From Pavona decussata (taxonomy: Eukaryota): a DNA stretch of 64,000 nucleotides. Positions within the stretch are counted from its first letter, which is position 1; each line of letters begins with the position of its first letter. The notes beneath the pieces were generated by a model. That model ran no database searches. It saw only the letters and a program-made list of their open reading frames with translations, and was not told the DNA's origin. Where the stretch lies: the NCBI GenBank assembly GCA_977016875.1, contig CDRNST010000274.1:1364001-1428000 (forward strand), read 5' to 3'. Positions 26,111 through 38,200 of this stretch are shown in pieces. The position numbers and the translations under genes are program-made.

Positions 26111-28622
26111 TTAAATGCAGTTAAATGCAATTTAACTAAGTTAACAACAAAGAAAAGCTGGCATTCATTGGGCGGTCATCGGCTCTTGGTAGGTAGCGCA
26201 TGCGCAGAGCACTGCTTTGGTTGGCGTTTAAGCGTGGCGGTTCGTAGCGTTTTTGTGGAGTATTCCTGTTGGATTGTCTCGGTTTTCTGCGTTCAAGTGG
26301 CCCGTTTTTTCTGCCTGCGTCAATAGTTTCAAGTTTTTGTCGTCTTTCGGTGTCGACGACGCGTTCATTTTTTGATCAATTGTATCTGTTTTATGGCTCG
26401 ATCGACGAACAACAGCCTCTCCTCTGCCATGTTCCCCGACTCAGCTCCGTCTTTGCCCACTACTGAATCACAGGAAACAGCACCACCGAGCGATGTTGCC
26501 GCGATTTCCACCGTAGCACAGTCCGTTGGACCGACGTTCAGCGGTGAGGCATTGGCCCAGGCGATGTTGCGGGCTTTATCGGATTGCTTACCGGGGATTC
26601 TAGCGTCGATGCAAGGCCGGGACATCGCGCCTTCGCACACCGCCCTTTCGAGCACGATTCCTGCTGGTCCTTCGACTTTTTCATCCGTTTTAGCGACTGG
26701 ATCATCCGCCTCGTTAGGTAATATTGTCGTTCCTTCCTTTGTTTCTACCTTTTCCACTCTTCCATCTCCCGCCTTCGGCTATCCCTCGTTTTCACTGTCG
26801 TCAGCTTTGCAGACGTCACCGAGCGTTAGGGGCGTTCCTTTTTCGTCTTTCCCCACCATTTCGTCCACGGCTCCGGTTGTTGGGAAAGACTTCGTCATCG
26901 GCCCTGGCTACTCACCCATCCCCCACAAGCTGGCCAACAAAATTACGAGCGGTCAATTCGTTGAGCTGGCGGACCTTCTGCCGGACAACCTGAAGGTAAA
27001 CGAGTCGGAGACTCAAACCTTCCTGGAGGGTAAACTCATGGTCGCTCCGGCTCGTAAAAGAACGGTGGAAATACAGGATATCCTTACCTGGGTGGAGGCT
27101 TTCACCATCTATTGCTTAGTACTGTGCGCTTCCCAACCATCAGGAAGGGCTGATCTGTCCCATTACAAGCTTCTTGTTATCCAGACGGCAAAGAAATTCC
27201 CTGGGAAAGCTTGGCAACAATACGACACCGCATTTCGGAAAGACGCCGCTGCGACAGGCCTGAGGGATTGGTCAAAAATGAATCCTGACCTCTATCTATA
27301 ACTTTCATACGCTGGTTCCCAGCTCGTCTGCCTCGTCTAATCACCAATCTAAGGCTCTATTCTCGCCGCAAGGTCTTGACCACAACCCTCGCTCCACCCA
27401 GTTCTGCCATTTGTGGAATGCTGGTGAATGCCGTTGGCCCTTTGGCCGTTGTCGGTTTCGCCACGCCTGTGAGGCCTGCAGTGGAGATCACCGCAGTACA
27501 TCGTGCCCACACCGGTCTGCCCAGGCGGCTCGGCGGTCCCGGTCACCCACACCATCGGGGGGCAAGCGACGACGGCGCTAAAGCCTCGTCTCCACAATTT
27601 GTAAATAGTGTAAATAATTTAAACAGTTTGCATTCACGTCAGCTACGTTTCAGTTCTTCAAGTTCAGGTTGTGCTCTCTCCAGTTGTTCTTACACCTCCT
27701 CTTCACAGCCTAATGGCTCAGGCTCCAGTACTGTGAGGACCGACCCCCCTGTGCATCACGACCCCTCCGAGTTTGCTATCCCGACCATCGCTCATCAGGC
27801 ATCTACAGAGGTTCTTTGCCAGGCAGGGATTCCCCAGCCCACGCACAGTCTTTCTCAGCGCCCCCCCTACCTTGGATCCATCCCCCTCTCTGGACAGTTC
27901 CTTTTCCCCCTTGCATCCTCCAGGTACGGTCTCTCCCATCATCGTGGACAAGCTGGAGTTCGAGTTACGCCATTTCCCAGACAGGGCTAAGGCGGAGTAT
28001 GTCATTGCCGGTCTTCACCATGGTTTCCATTTAGGCTTCAACTCGTCCTCTGTCTCCCTAAGATCGGCCGCGGGAAACATGCCTTCAGCTTCTCTTTAGC
28101 CTTCAGTTATTGACTCTTATTTGCAGAACGAGTTGGTCAAGGGTAGAATAGCTGGTCCTTTCCTACTCCCCCTATACCCAATCTTCACATCAGTCGCTTT
28201 GGGGTGATTCCTAAGAAACATCAGCCTGGAAAATGGCATCTTATCCTTGTCCTCTCCATCCCCACAGGGGCCAGCGTCATTGATGGTATCCCAAAGGATA
28301 TGTTCTCCGTTCAGTATATGTCAGTGGATGATGTTATCAGCGGGATTATGATGTATGGCCGTGAGACGCTGATGGCCAAATTCGACATATCGTGGACGAC
28401 ATATCGTGGTTTGCTGCCCCTCCCTCCCTCTCCCCTTGATTCCCGTTTTATCCCCTGCTTACGCAGTGTGACGGGTGTCCGGATGACTAGGTGTGGGTGC
28501 TCATGGCTGGGTTGCGGGGATTGCCAGCCATGGGAGTGTATTACTGTCTAGGGGCCGGCTGGTCACAGTGGAGACCCCTGGAACTTCCCGGGCACCCTTC
28601 TTCCACTCAGCTTAATGCAGTT
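26111..28622 (+). mobile_element. Internally deleted DIRS-like retrotransposon (gag-like ORF and partial RT)
   Basis: ORF 26372-27301 (FVELADLL, ILTWVEAFTIY, WQQYDTAFR); RT fragments (GFHLGF, IPKKHQPGKW, LMAKFDI); aatgcagtt at both ends; family-A intron sequence resumes on both sides. Confidence 0.8.
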
Positions 28623-28945
28623 GTTAATAGTCTTTAAAGTTAAGGTCTTAACATAAATTTTGTTTAAAGCCTTCCCTGATCGGACAAAACGTAACATTTA
28701 ACACATGATAAATGAAAGTAGTATGATTATAATGGACATGTTGGTACAAAATGTACTTAGCCGTTTTGGCTGCCTGGAGAAAAAATAATTTTCAAACGAG
28801 AACTTGTGATTATTATTTATTTAGACAAAAAAATATTTGGTTAACCAACAGTAGTAAAAATGTACATGTATAGCTTAAACTACACAACATAAGTAAATAT
28901 AAGTCACATGATAGCCATCATCAAGGTGTGATTATTTGTTGACAG

Positions 28946-29017
28946 AAACTTGCCTAACAACGAGCTGAAGGAACTGCCCAAAGGAGCTTTTGCTAACAAT
29001 AGCAGGCTGTGGCGGTT
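28946..29017 (+). CDS. LRR exon 5 (family A): NLPNNELKELPKGAFANNSRLWR(L)
   Basis: gacag|A AAC...CGG TT|gtaagt; 72 nt. Confidence 0.83.
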
Positions 29018-30531
29018 GTAAGTATAACTTTTTCTTTATCTTTAAAATAATCATTGAGGGGCTGATGTTGCTTAAAAAGAAATTATGCGTTTGTGTGTCC
29101 TATAATAAATTACAGTTTGCAAATGGTAGCTCATACTTTGTGTACACTAGTTGTTCCGCTGTAATTACCTTTGGTTGTGTATCGCATACTGCATACTAAT
29201 TAAAAAGTCTAACAATTGTACGTGGTGTCACGTACACAAAAGTTTTTAATTTCCTTGAGAGATCAAACTTTGGCCGCTACTTGGTAGGTGTTCTTTACGG
29301 GTACACCATAATAGGTATTATTCGTTGGCCCCTGAGCCTAAGCCACGGTGCCATATATACAACAGTTAATCTAAAAACAGAAATCAATGGAACTAAGCAA
29401 TGATTAAAAATGTGATTCAGCCATGAGGGTCTGAACCTTGTCTCCTGCTCAGATTACCACTCGGCCACTGAAGAAAAACACGCTGGAAACGTGGCTGATT
29501 ATTTAATTTATATTTGCAAGCTTTAAGAGAAATTTAAATATATTTTCTGCAATCAGGATTATCGCGCTACTCCTCCGCTAGACCGGTGATGCACGGCCAA
29601 ATCTATAGAAGAGAAAATTGATTTCTAGTCCATCCCCCTCCCCTTTTACTCACTAAAAAGAGAGAGGACTGCAAATCGATTTCCTTTAAGTTATGGTGGT
29701 GTTCATCAGAAATTTTCTGGAATGTTTACAGCTGGATTTTAACACATTTTTATCTATTAGAAAGTGTCTCTCTCGTATACTCACAAGTTATATTTTATGC
29801 TAAGAAATTAGACGGCCGCATTGAAAAACTAGCAAAGAAAGAGACATTTGTCGCTTTAAACTACCACTAGCCTAATTTAATTCCACGACGATCCGATTGC
29901 GGTCTTATTAACCCTTCCAAGACAGAATAGGTATAATAAGCGAACAGATACTCGATCAAATTACCACCTCTATCATATGGAACAGTTCTTTATAAGAGGG
30001 CGTGACAGTTATTTTCCCACATCCGGGAAAAAAAAACATGGACAACTGCTTCAGAAGTGGTCACTCTCAGGCGATTTATTAACAATCCATGGAAAACATT
30101 ATTTAAAAAAAATACACTTGTAAAATGAGATTCTGCTTCAACGGTCATGTAGATCAATCGAGGAAATGGAACTGCAACTTTGTTAAGAGAGTCTATAAAT
30201 CTCTTTATAGTCTTACAATTTAAGGTCTTACCCTTTATTTTGTTTAAAGCCCTTCGAGATAGCAGATAATCCAACGGTTAAGATATGATAAGTAAAAGAA
30301 GTGTGATTGTAATGGACATGTTGGTATAAAATTTACTTAACCGTTTTGGCTTGCTCCTTTGAGAACAAATGACTTTCAAATAAGAGCTTGTGATTATTAT
30401 TCATTTAGACAAAAAATAAATTGGTTAACCAACAGTAGTAAAGATGTACATGTATGGCTTAAACTACACAACATAAGTAAAGATAAGTCACAATTGATAG
30501 CCATCATTAAGGTGTGATTATTTGTTGAAAG

Positions 30532-30949
30532 AAACTTGGCTAACAATAAGCTGAAGGAACTGCCCAAAGGAGATTTTGCTAACAATAGGGACTTTACGCA
30601 AACACGACGCCGACGGCAACGAAAACGTCAATAAAGAAAAGGCTTACGTGCATTACAGATTTTGATGCATTTCGTCGCCATCTTCGGCCAAACAACAACG
30701 TGAAATGCCCAAATTCAAGGTTTTATGGAGAGCGTGAGAACGTGACAGTAAATTTTCATTCTCTGTGCTAACTTGAAGACCGTTCCAACCACTTCTGTTA
30801 CTGGATAGTTTGGCCACATTGTACAAGTTGAACGAATTAGAATAAGCGCAAAGTTGTACAAGTAAAACGAGCTTGTATTTTCAAGTGACGTTGTCGTTGG
30901 CGTTGCCGTCGTGGTTACGTAAAGTCCCTAATAGCAGGCTGTGGCGGCT
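30532..30949 (+). pseudogene. LRR exon 6 (family A) interrupted by MITE: NLANNKLKELPKGDFANN//SRLWR(L)
   Basis: 72 nt plus a 346-nt insertion (343-bp element + 3-bp TSD); AAG acceptor, gtaagt donor. Confidence 0.85.
30587..30929. mobile_element. 343-bp MITE inside LRR exon 6
   Basis: TIR agggactttacg / cgtaaagtccct extended by imperfect cacgacg..ggcaacg arms; 3-bp TSD AAT (PIF/Harbinger-related superfamily inferred). Confidence 0.88.
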
Positions 30950-32449
30950 GTAAGTATAACTTTTTCTTTGTCTGTAAAATAATCACTGAGGTCCTGGTGT
31001 TGCTTAAAAAGAAATATTGCGTTTGTGTGTCCTATAATAAATTACAGTTTGCAAATGCTAGCACATACTCTGTATACACTAGTTGTTCCGCTGTAATTAC
31101 CTTTGGTTGTGTATTGCATACTACGTGTGATTAAAAAGTCTAACAATTACACGTGGTGTCATGTAAACAAAAGTTTTAGTTTTCCTAAGAGATCAAACTT
31201 TGGCCGCTACATGGTAGGTGTTCTTTACGGGTACACCATAATAGGTATTATTCGTTGGCCCCTGGGCCTAAGCCACGGAGCCATATTACAATTAATCTGG
31301 GAACAAAAATCAATGCAACTAAGGCAATGTTTGAAAATGTGATTCACCGATGAGGGTCTGAACCTGGTTTTCTAAATAGTCGGATACGTTAACCACTCGG
31401 GCACTGAAGAAAAACACGCTGGCAACGTAGCTGATTTTTGAACTTATCAGTAGTTGCAAGCTTGAAAGAATATATATTCTGCAATCAGGATCATCTCACT
31501 ACTTGCTCGCTTGATCGGTGATGGACGACCAAATCTACCAAATTAAATTGATTTCTAGTCCGCTCTACCCTAACAAGTACTAGAAAGGGAGGGGACAAGA
31601 AATCGATTTCCTTTAATTGACGGCGTTTTACATCAGAAATTTTCTGAAATGTTTACAGCTCGATGTTAACTCATTTCTATATATTAAAAGGTTACATTTC
31701 ATGCTAACAAATTAGACGACCGCATTGAAAAACTAGCAAAGAAAGAAGCATGAAAGAAGCATTTCCAATAGTGGAAAGAAAGAAGAATTGATCGCTTTAA
31801 ATGAGCACAAGCTTAATTTCCACAACCATCAGATGTGCGGCCTTATTAAACCTTTTAAGTAAGAATCGGTATAAATTAAGCGCGCAGATCCTTAATGAAA
31901 TTATTACCTGAGTCTATCACATGGAACAGTTCTTTATTAGTGGCCAGGGAAGAAACATGGACAACTGTCTCAGAAGTGGTCACTTGCTGGCGATTTGTTA
32001 ACAAACCCTGGAAAACTTCGTTCAAGAAAAAATAAACATATTAAATGGGATTCTGTATAAACGATCATGTAGAAAAATCGAGGCAATGGAACTTCAACTT
32101 TGTTCGGAGAGTCTCTAAATATCTTTATAGTCTTAGAATATTACGGTCCTACCCTATATTTTGTTTAAAGCCTTCCATGATATGAGAAAACTCAACAATT
32201 AACATGAACATGGGATAAGTAAAAGAAGCATGATTATCATGGACATGTTGTTATAAAATTTACTTAGCTTTTGGCTCCTTTGAGGATAAATGATTTTCAA
32301 ATAAGACCCTGTGATTATTGATTATTAAGATAAAAAATAAATTGGTTAACTAACACTTGTAAAGGTGTACATGTATAGCTTATACTACACAACTTAAGTA
32401 AAATAAGTCACATAATAGCAATCATCAAGGTGTGATTATTTGTTGATAG

Positions 32450-32521
32450 GGAATTGGCTTACAACAAGCTCAACGAACTGTCCAAAGGAGTTTTTGCTAA
32501 CAATACCAAGCTGCAGTGGCT
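32450..32521 (+). CDS. LRR exon 7 (family A): ELAYNKLNELSKGVFANNTKLQW(L)
   Basis: gatag|G GAA...TGG CT|gtaagt; 72 nt. Confidence 0.85.
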
Positions 32522-33476
32522 GTAAGTATAACTTCTTCTTTGTCTGTTAAATAACAACCGTGCGACTAGTATTGCTTGAAAAGAAATATTGCGTTTGTGT
32601 CTCCTATAATAAATTACAGATTGCAAATGGTAGCGCATACTCTGTATACATTGGTTGATCCGGTGTAATCACCTTTGGTTGTGTATCGCATACTACGTAC
32701 GGTTAAAAAATTTAACAATTGCACGTGGTGTCAGGTACAAACAAGTTTGTATTTTCCTTAAGAGATCAATCTTCGGCCGCTAGTTTGTAGGTGTTCTTCA
32801 TGAGTACAGCATAATCGGTATAATTCGTTGGCCCCTGGGGCCTAAGCCACGGCGCCATAGCCATATAACAGTTTATCTGGGAACGGAAATCAATGCAACT
32901 AAGGGAATGGTTGAAAATGTGATTCAGCCAGGATTTGAACCAGGATCTCCAGATTACCAGTCGGATACCTTAACTACTTGGCCACTGTAGAAAAACACGC
33001 TTGCAAGATGGCTGATTATTGAACTTATAGCGGAAAGCTTTGAAAGAAATTTCAATATTAATATTTTCTGCAATCAAGATCACCTCACTACTCTCCCGCT
33101 CGATCGGTGATGCATGGCCAAATCCACCAAAGAAGATTAATTTCTAGTCCGCTTCCCCCTTACTCACTAGAAAGGGAGGGGACTTGAATTGATGTTGGTG
33201 TTCATCAAAAATTTTCTGGAATGTTTACAGCTCGATTTTAACTCTTTTCTATCTATTAGAAAGTATCTCTCACATAAGCACATGTCTCAATTCATGCTAA
33301 CAAATTAGACGACCGAATTTAAAAACTCGTAAAGAAGAAAGCATTTATTACTTCAAATGACCACAAGCGTAATTTCCATGCCCATCCGACCTGCGGCCTT
33401 ATTAACTCTTCCAATTAGAAATCGCTATAATTAGCAAACAGATCTTCGATGAGACGTTATCACCTCTATCATATGG

Positions 33477-33527
<51 letters not shown>

Positions 33528-33536
33528 ATTATTATT
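33477..33536. repeat. (ATT)n microsatellite
   Basis: About 20 ATT units with one interruption. Confidence 0.9.
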
Positions 33537-34062
33537 AGCGGGCGTGACAGTTAATTTGTCAAATTTAGGGAAGAAATATTGACAACTGTTTCAGAAGTGG
33601 TCACTTGCAGGCAATTGGTTAAAAATCCCTAGAAAACCTTGATTCAAGAAAAAAAAAATGAGTTTATAAAATGCACAAGCGATCATGTAGAACGATGGAG
33701 GAAATGGAACTTCAGCTTTGTTCAGAGAGTCTCTAAATATTTTAATAGTTTTACAAGTTAAGGTCTTTACATATTAAATTTTTTTAAAGCCCTCCGTGAT
33801 AGGAGAAAACTTAACAGTTAACACATGATAAATGAAAGAAGTATGATGATAATAAGTGTGCTGGTATAAAATTTACTTAGCTTTTGGCTCCTTTGGGGAA
33901 ATTAAATGATTTTCAAACGACACCTTGTGATTATTATTTATTTAGACAAAAAAAAAATCAATTGGTTAACCAACACTAATAAAGATTTATAGCTTACTAC
34001 ACAACTTAAGTAAAGATAAGTCACACGATAGTCACGATTAAGGTGTGATTAATTGTTGATAG

Positions 34063-34134
34063 GAACTTGACTGACAACGAGCTGAAGGAACTGCCCAAAG
34101 GAGTTTTTGCTAACAATATCCAGCTGCAGGGGGT
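34063..34134 (+). CDS. LRR exon 8 (family A): NLTDNELKELPKGVFANNIQLQG(V)
   Basis: gatag|G AAC...GGG GT|gtaagt; 72 nt. Confidence 0.85.
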
Positions 34135-35684
34135 GTAAGTATAACTTCTTCTTTATCTGTCAAATATTAATCGAGAAGCTAGAGTTGCTTAAAAATAAAT
34201 ATTGTGTCTCCTATAATAAATTCGTATGTGCAGCCTATATTTAATAACTATGCATGGACGAATTCTCAATAAAAAAACTGAAAAGGAGTCTAAAATTTAC
34301 CTGTCAGAAGACGTGGTCGTTTATAAGTGTCCCGTTTAATTTAAGGGAGGGGGGGTGGGAGGCATTTTTAAAAGAAAAAAAAAAGATGAAATTGATTGAG
34401 TTACGAAGGCGATTAAAAGATCTTTAGTTATATTTGATGCATGCGGAATTGATATGCCCTCCCGTAGCTAGTAGACATCTCAACAGTATTTGGTTGACAA
34501 ATTTTTTACGAAATGGTTAACGGGAGTTCGATTCCACCATCTATATCAATACAAGAATCTTCGTTTACATTGGTTTGCTGATAAGCTGCAATTTAATGCA
34601 TTCCGTAAGGACCAGTTTACACGCTACTATCCTTCGGCGGATTTGGCGGCTTGTGTATTTTGACAGACGATTTACAGCCAAAGGCGTCCGGATTGAGAAA
34701 ATATGTTGGAGAGCACCAGTTTTCTTATTAAGTCGGGCAGACACTTTCTTAAAAACCACAATATCAATAAAGTTGAAAAAAAAAATTGATGTCGAAATAC
34801 ACGTACGTTCTACGCTACGATACACCTGGTATCATGTGAGGCGGTTTTAAGTTGAAAGACCCCGGCAATGTTATAACTTTCTCAAAATTCGAAACTTGTA
34901 GATATAGTAGTTTTTGAGAACTTGAACTAGCCTTTAAAAACTAAGCACGCCCTTGCAGCAACTCTTTCCACTCAGCTGGCATAAGTTCTTTGAAAAATTT
35001 AACACCTGGTGAAATCCTGTAACGTTAGGAGTAGCCTGTGTGTGAGGCTCTAGAACAGGGGAGGGTGGAGGGAAATCAGTCACGTGGAAAGCGTGGGATT
35101 CTATGCTAGGATCAGTAAGACAAAGATAAAAAAAAAAACACTGTATCAGAGCGCAACGTCCAACTCTATTGCAACATTTTTACTTGAATTGTATTTACAA
35201 TTTACAATTAAAAGCTTGTATAGTGCAACAGTAAACATCAGGCTCCTTATTGGTCGTCCTCTGTAATGGCCTTTAATTCTGTAACGCACGGCGAATTGGA
35301 ATTACGGCATATTAGCAGTTATAACGGACGACTAGAAACGTAGCCTGTGCGCGTGATATCATAAAGTGGAAAGTTTTTTTCCCCATCCAAGGGACTTGTA
35401 AATTCCACATATTCACATATTTCACATATTCCTAAGAAAAAGAAAAATCATTAAAACAAATCCCGCAATTTATAAGTGTTTCAGTGTCTGACGAATTCTG
35501 CATACTTATTGTCCCTTTGATTTTTAGTAAAAGGGAAGAAGTCGGAAGTAACGATTATTTTGTCGAATCACTCATTCCATCAACTTAAGCGGCTCTGTTT
35601 TAAAGAGTCTTAGCCATTAAAGTTTGTGGATATCATTTAAACTGACTAAGAACTTGGACAATCCAATTTTTTTTTGGTTGGTAG

Positions 35685-35756
35685 GTCCTTGAATAATAAC
35701 CAGCTAAAGGAACTGCCCAAAGGAGTTTTTGATAACAATAAACGGCTAGACTGGCT
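35685..35756 (+). CDS. LRR exon 9 (family B): SLNNNQLKELPKGVFDNNKRLDW(L)
   Basis: ggtag|G TCC...TGG CT|gtgagt; 72 nt. Confidence 0.85.
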
Positions 35757-37506
35757 GTGAGTAGAACTACTCCTTTGTTAGTAAAACAAACTCGAGGGGC
35801 TAGTGCTGCTTGTTGAGTAATGTTGTGTTTAACTTTTCTAAATTATATTCTCCCGTGCACCCTTAATTCAGTGGAGAGGTGTGAATCAATTCTCAAACGA
35901 AAACTAAAAACTATATTAAAATGTAATGGCAACTGATATTTGAAAACGTCAGTGTTAAGTCACTACTGACCAAACTATTTGAAAGCGTTAGTCTTAGACA
36001 GTCCTTTTCTCTCATTTAAAAGTTGTTTCGTGTTGGTGTTGTTGTTTTTTTTATATTCTCTATTGCTCTTTTTTCTTTTCCTTTGTGTTTTTGTTTTGTC
36101 TTTCTGTTTCCTTTTTACACAATTCAAATGACGTGGTCATCTAAAAAAGGAAAAAAAACCAACAGTAGAAATTTATTGAGCTGTGAAAGCAATTGAAAGA
36201 TCTTTTTTTAGGTTCGATGTGGAATTTTATAAGCCTTCCAGCATTTTACACGGGAACAGCATCTTGATGATAAATTTGTAACCAAAGGGGAAACGAGAGC
36301 TACATCAAAGCATTTAGTTTAACAGAAGAATGTCTGTTTACATTCTTTTGTTGACAATGCAAGCTGCAATTTAATGCAGTCCGAAAAGACTGGATTGCAC
36401 GCTACCACCTGTCGGCGAATTTTGTGGCCCGGCAGTATCAAAACAAGAATATTCTCTGTATTTTGACGCACAGGTTTGAGCGAAACGAGTCTAGATTCAG
36501 GAAATATGTTGCAGAGCTCACCAGATTTCTTATCAAATCGAGCGGACACTTTCGAACAAACCGCCCTTATACCAATCAAAGTGAAAATATGTCGGCTGTC
36601 AAAACAACGCGTACAAATTACGCTTGGATACGCCTGGTATCATTTGCGGAACTGCCTTTAAGTTAAAAGTCGTCGGCAATCTTAGATAACCTGAAAATTC
36701 AAAAGTGATACATGAAGAAGTTTTGAGAAATTGACCTTTTGAACTGTGAAAGTCATCCTGCACAAAGAATGTACTTCCTTTGTGGGAACTCTTTATATCC
36801 AGCTGGTTTAAGTTCGTTGTAAAATTTAACAGCTGGTCAAATCCCGTAACGTTAGCAGTAGCCTGCATGTAAGGCTCTTTGGGGAGGGTAGATGGGAATC
36901 GGTTACGTGGGAAGCGAGGGATCCGATGCTAGGATTGGTAAGACAAAGATAAAAAGAAACACTTTATCGCAGCGCAAAGTTCACTTCTTTTACAACATTT
37001 TAACTTGAAGTATATTTGCAGTTTCAATTATAAGCGTATACAGTGTAACATTAAGCGTGTAGGCTCCTTATTGGTCGTCCGCTCCGGTTCATTCTGGGAT
37101 GCGGGAATTTGAATCACGACATATTCGCACTTTTAACGGATGGTTAGAAATTGGGGGGCTTTTGGGCGTGGTATCTTGAAGTGGAAAGATTTTTCCCCCA
37201 TCCAAGGGACTTGGAGATTCCACATTTTTACGTATTTCACATATTCCTGAGAGCAAGAATCATAAAAACAAATCCCGGCATTTACAAGTGTTTCAGCGTC
37301 TGATAAATGATGCATATTGACAGTCTCTTTGGTTTTAAGTAAAAGGGATTCCGAAGCAGTTAGAAGTAACGACTATTTTGTCGAGTCAATCATTAAATAA
37401 ACTGAAGAGGTCATGTTTTTTAAAAGTTTTAGCCAATAAAGTGTTTGGATATCTTGTAAACTTACTAAAAACTTGGAAAATCCGCATTTTTTTTTTTGGT
37501 TGGTAG

Positions 37507-37578
37507 GTACTTGAATAACAACCAGCTGAAGAAACTGCCCAAAAGAGTTTTTAATAACAATAAACGGCTAGATTGGCT
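37507..37578 (+). CDS. LRR exon 10 (family B): YLNNNQLKKLPKRVFNNNKRLDW(L)
   Basis: ggtag|G TAC...TGG CT|gtgagt; 72 nt. Confidence 0.85.
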
Positions 37579-38200
37579 GTGAGTATAACTACTCCTTTGT
37601 CTGTAAACCCAAACACGACTGGCTATTGCTGCTTGCTGAGAAATATGGTGGTTATCTTTCCTAAAGTCATTCTCGCGTGTAGCCTTAATTTAATAACTAA
37701 GTGTGAATCACTTTTCAATCAAAAACTTAAAACTAGTTTCAAATGTAATGGCAACTGATAGTTGAAAACGTCAGTGTTAACTCACTACTGACCAAACTAT
37801 TTAAAACCATTGGTATTAAACGGTTCTTTTCTCATTTACAAGTTGTTTTGTCTTGTTTTTGTTGGTTGTATGTGGTGTTCTATTTTAACATAGTAAGCTT
37901 AAATTCTGTTCCCAGTGCCATCAAAAGATTAGTCGTACGTTCCTCGATTCACAAAGCGAATGGATTTCAAAGTTTATTAACTTGAGCTCTTACATTTTCA
38001 TTTGAAGGACGGCTGGTGATTCACCTTATTTCGGAACTCCGTGTTTGAGGGATTTTTTCCCATAAACATTACTCTCATTTTCTCGAATTCATTTTGCTTT
38101 GTCAACAAACGAAGAAACAATGAGGAATAGAACGTTTTTGGCACTCATTTATTCTTTTCTTTTGTTTTTGTTTTCATCTATTCCTTTTAAGTTTTGGCGA

